The translations under genes and the position numbers were made by a program. Below, in pieces: positions 26,462 to 29,067 of a DNA stretch of 29,067 nucleotides (within the stretch, counting starts at the first letter, position 1; each line of letters begins with the position of its first letter). The stretch comes from Bdellovibrionota bacterium. GTDB taxonomy: Bacteria > Bdellovibrionota_C > UBA2361 > JBGSMV01. The DNA lies in the NCBI GenBank assembly GCA_044356455.1, contig JBIKWF010000049.1:1-29067 (forward strand), read 5' to 3'. The notes under the pieces were generated by a model. That model saw only the letters and a list, made by a program, of their open reading frames with translations. It ran no database searches and was not told the DNA's origin.

Positions 26462-27763
26462 ATGAGTAATGTAGTTAAATTCGAACTCCCAAAAGTTGAT
26501 GCATCCCATGAGCTCAGCTCTACGGGAAACCTCGCGGCCGCAGCTCCTGAGGCGAAATCTCCTGTGGAGGGTGAGGCATCGTCGACTCAAGAGTCGCCTA
26601 AGCTTGTTGTGCTCGCGGCTGAAGAGGGAGAGAAGCTTAGCGCTGGAGCAGAAGTCCCAGCCCTTGTCCCAGCTAAAGTGGAAGAGCCCGCCGGGGCTCA
26701 GCAGAAACAGCCGAGTACGTTAGAAGTTGCTTCAGCGAGTTCCCCAGGCGCCCAAGCTGCGGCGACTGCCGAGCCTGAGAGCCCCTTCGGAGACGTGCTC
26801 AAGTTTTTGTTCCTCACCGTTGCAAGCTCCGTGGCCCTGGTTTGGTTCATGTTCAAGTCGCTTTGCCTGTATGCGGTAAAGCATCCCCTGCATGTGCTGC
26901 TCAACATCTCCATGCTCGTTCTTTTGGCGCTTGTGGTGGTGACTGGCTCAGAAATTCACTCTCAGATGATTCTTGGGAAGATTTCGGATCAGACCATTGA
27001 CCGCGTGATTAAGGGGTCGCGCTTTACGCGTGAATACGATGCTGAAGAGGTGAACCGTGGCTCAAGCCGCGAGTTCCTCAAAGTAGGTGCCCCCGTGTGG
27101 GCTCAAAGGGAAGCGGTCAGAGCAATTCTATTTCACTCCAGAAAAGCCGGACTCTCTATTGAGGACCAAGCCGTATTACTTGCGACCGCAGACATAGAGT
27201 CTGGGTTCAATCCCATGGCGCGTGCCTCAACCACTACTGCCTGCGGATTGTTTCAGTTTGTGAAACGTACGGGTGAGATATTTGGACTTTCACAGTCGGA
27301 ATGTATGGACCCTTGGAAGAATGCGCAGGCAGGGGTTGCGCATTTTATGTACAACTACGAACGCAGAGTGGCTTCTGCCGTGCAAGATTCGGTAGGCGCA
27401 GAAAGATTATTTCGCGTGTTTGAGCTTAGCTATTACCTCCATCACGATGGGCCCGAGTCCAGTAACCCAGGGAATGAAGTAAAGGCGACGATACTTGGCG
27501 GTTCTCAATTTCTTTTTCGAGCGTATAAGGCTCTTAAAGAGGAGAGCGAATCGCAGCAGCGCGCTCCAACCTTTACCGAAAAGTTTGAAGAGAATTTTTG
27601 GAAGACACTTGACGTCATCAAAGTATTCTTCAGCGATTTCTCATTCTCCGATCTGCTACGCATGGGGAGCGATAGGCTTCATGCCGCTATTTCTCCCGCG
27701 TTTTCAGACGATTCTCCTGTGGTGCCGAGTGCGGAAGCCGAGACGGTGCAGGAGAACGAATAA
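26462..27763 (+). CDS. Membrane-anchored lytic transglycosylase (SLT-like)
   Basis: IESGFNP (catalytic Glu), GLFQF, DPWKNAQAG; low-complexity N-terminus and two hydrophobic segments; GGAGG RBS. Confidence 0.85.
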   Translation: MSNVVKFELPKVDASHELSSTGNLAAAAPEAKSPVEGEASSTQESPKLVVLAAEEGEKLSAGAEVPALVPAKVEEPAGAQQKQPSTLEVASASSPGAQAAATAEPESPFGDVLKFLFLTVASSVALVWFMFKSLCLYAVKHPLHVLLNISMLVLLALVVVTGSEIHSQMILGKISDQTIDRVIKGSRFTREYDAEEVNRGSSREFLKVGAPVWAQREAVRAILFHSRKAGLSIEDQAVLLATADIESGFNPMARASTTTACGLFQFVKRTGEIFGLSQSECMDPWKNAQAGVAHFMYNYERRVASAVQDSVGAERLFRVFELSYYLHHDGPESSNPGNEVKATILGGSQFLFRAYKALKEESESQQRAPTFTEKFEENFWKTLDVIKVFFSDFSFSDLLRMGSDRLHAAISPAFSDDSPVVPSAEAETVQENE

Positions 27764-27806
27764 GTCAGATTGCGTCAGCAAAACACTTAAAAACCTTCAT
27801 TCTTAG

Positions 27807-27907
27807 GGCACCTCTGTGTACCTCTGAGTCCTCTGTGTTGAAATTGCCATGAAGAAATTCACCACAAGGACACGGAGGTACACAGAGGTGAGTTTTTATG
27901 AGATTCC
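27807..27907. mobile_element. IS5-like MITE remnant with TTAG duplication and 82-bp palindrome (27809-27890)
   Basis: TTAG at 27803-27806 and 27908-27911; right end GAGTTTTTATGAGATTCC; palindrome arms closely match those at 5654-5736. Confidence 0.72.
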
Positions 27908-27929
27908 TTAGGTATCCCATGAGCCGTCG

Positions 27930-28343
27930 TCATAAGGAATCGGCATTGCAGAGTTCCTTGAGAACCTCGATTGCGGTTTGCGCTGTTAGTTTGAACGGGT
28001 CGAAGGGCTGCCCTTGTAGAGAGCGAGGAGACTTCCCCGCATTCGATTCGGGAAGACGTACCAACTTCATGCGCCAGGCAGGAAACTCACGGGCAGGCTT
28101 TTCTTGGAACTCCATGAGCTCGATATTCATATGGCGCTCATCTTTGAGGAGCTTGTGGTAGAGCGTTGACAGGCGGGTACGCTCTCCCTCGATCACCTGG
28201 AGGAACATTCCGCGCCCGAAGACGAGTGCTCCCGTGATATTATTCTCCGTATTGAAAATCTCGGCAGCGTCAAGGACCGCTTGAAGCTCCTTGAGAGCAA
28301 GGCCCTCTTTCGCGCGGCTCGCATAGATAAGATGGTGAACCAT
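27930..28343 (-). CDS. Stand-alone BLUF blue-light sensor
   Basis: LIYAS (Tyr), N...NITGAL, FLQVIEG (Gln), DERH, REFPAWRM (Trp/Met) all present. Confidence 0.93.
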   Translation of the reverse strand: MVHHLIYASRAKEGLALKELQAVLDAAEIFNTENNITGALVFGRGMFLQVIEGERTRLSTLYHKLLKDERHMNIELMEFQEKPAREFPAWRMKLVRLPESNAGKSPRSLQGQPFDPFKLTAQTAIEVLKELCNADSL

Positions 28344-28376
28344 AAGATCCTATGAGGATGTAGCGGGACAGCCAAA

Positions 28377-29067
28377 CTACGCAGTGTTCAAGTTATATCG
28401 CATAATCCTCCCGTGGGCACCCTCTCTTTGTCGCTCAAGCTCATAGACCTCCCCCGGAACTTGAGGAAGTTGACTGAAGCAATGTTTCACTGCGGTAGCC
28501 TCTTCTTCAGTAAAGCCGAGAAGGGGCTTGAGGGGGGGGCGGGGAGCAGGACCATGAGGGAGTCCTGCAATTACCGCTCCCACTGCTCGTTGTTGTAGGA
28601 CATATCCTGACGCCACATCAGCGATACTGCAGTCGTGCGCCAATGCAATGTTATAGAGGACTGAAAGGAGCACTTGAAACTTCGCCCAGCCCCCAGCCTC
28701 TTCAATAATCAGTTTGTATTTTATTAGGGAACGATTTGCATAGGGTTCCTGCGGCTCTGGGGCGCCTAGGTAGGTTTCGGTGAGAAAGCCTCCGGCGAGT
28801 GCGCCGTAGCAGAAAAGTGTAACCCCATGTTCTTCAGCATAAGCCGCAAGGCTTAGCCCAGGCCTTCTATCGAGCACTGAGTACTGCACCTGATTGCTCA
28901 CGACAGGGACTCCCGCTTCGATAAGCGAGCGTAAATGCAGGGCATCAAAATTGGTCACTCCGATGTTGAGCACCTTGCCTTCCTTCTGCAACTCCAGAAG
29001 ATGCAACGCAGCTTCGATGTATCCCGGAATGGCGAAGTCCCACCAATGGAGCTGAACGAGATCGAGC
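28377..29067 (-). CDS. Aldo/keto reductase, 5' end outside the window
   Basis: Frame stays open to the window edge: LDLVQLHWWD...GKVLNIGVTNFD, SNQVQYSVLDRR, YGALAGGFL. Confidence 0.92.
   Translation of the reverse strand, partial: LDLVQLHWWDFAIPGYIEAALHLLELQKEGKVLNIGVTNFDALHLRSLIEAGVPVVSNQVQYSVLDRRPGLSLAAYAEEHGVTLFCYGALAGGFLTETYLGAPEPQEPYANRSLIKYKLIIEEAGGWAKFQVLLSVLYNIALAHDCSIADVASGYVLQQRAVGAVIAGLPHGPAPRPPLKPLLGFTEEEATAVKHCFSQLPQVPGEVYELERQREGAHGRIMRYNLNTA

Overview
Chromosomal window from a Gram-negative (LPS-making) bacterium; lineage cannot be fixed from sequence alone (the gene style suggests an uncultured deltaproteobacterial/Bdellovibrionota-like organism, inference only). Left to right: a 5' fragment of lpxD cut off at an exact 22-bp tandem repeat resembling a transposon end; a porin/FMN-binding/PepSY-TM/ApbE extracytosolic flavinylation operon; a frameshifted SAM methyltransferase; a divergent six-gene envelope locus (membrane protein, Tat-exported flavoprotein, membrane-anchored C2-like protein and orphan half-PqiA, facing two paralogous secreted proteins that both end in GPxNDE); fabZ; ppk2; an orphan with three Sm/SH3-like repeats; a secreted plant-type ferredoxin homologue whose four [2Fe-2S] Cys ligands are all replaced (D/S/S/D); AsmA; a methyltransferase; a msbA-DUF374-waaA-lpxK-hydrolase operon; a lytic transglycosylase; a stand-alone BLUF protein; and a partial aldo/keto reductase. 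Intergenic regions carry a family of IS5-like MITEs holding 9-bp-periodic palindromes, plus GTAG-type REP elements. Best leads: the cysteine-less exported ferredoxin, the six-gene envelope locus, and the MITE/palindrome family. No rRNA, tRNA or CRISPR array was seen.
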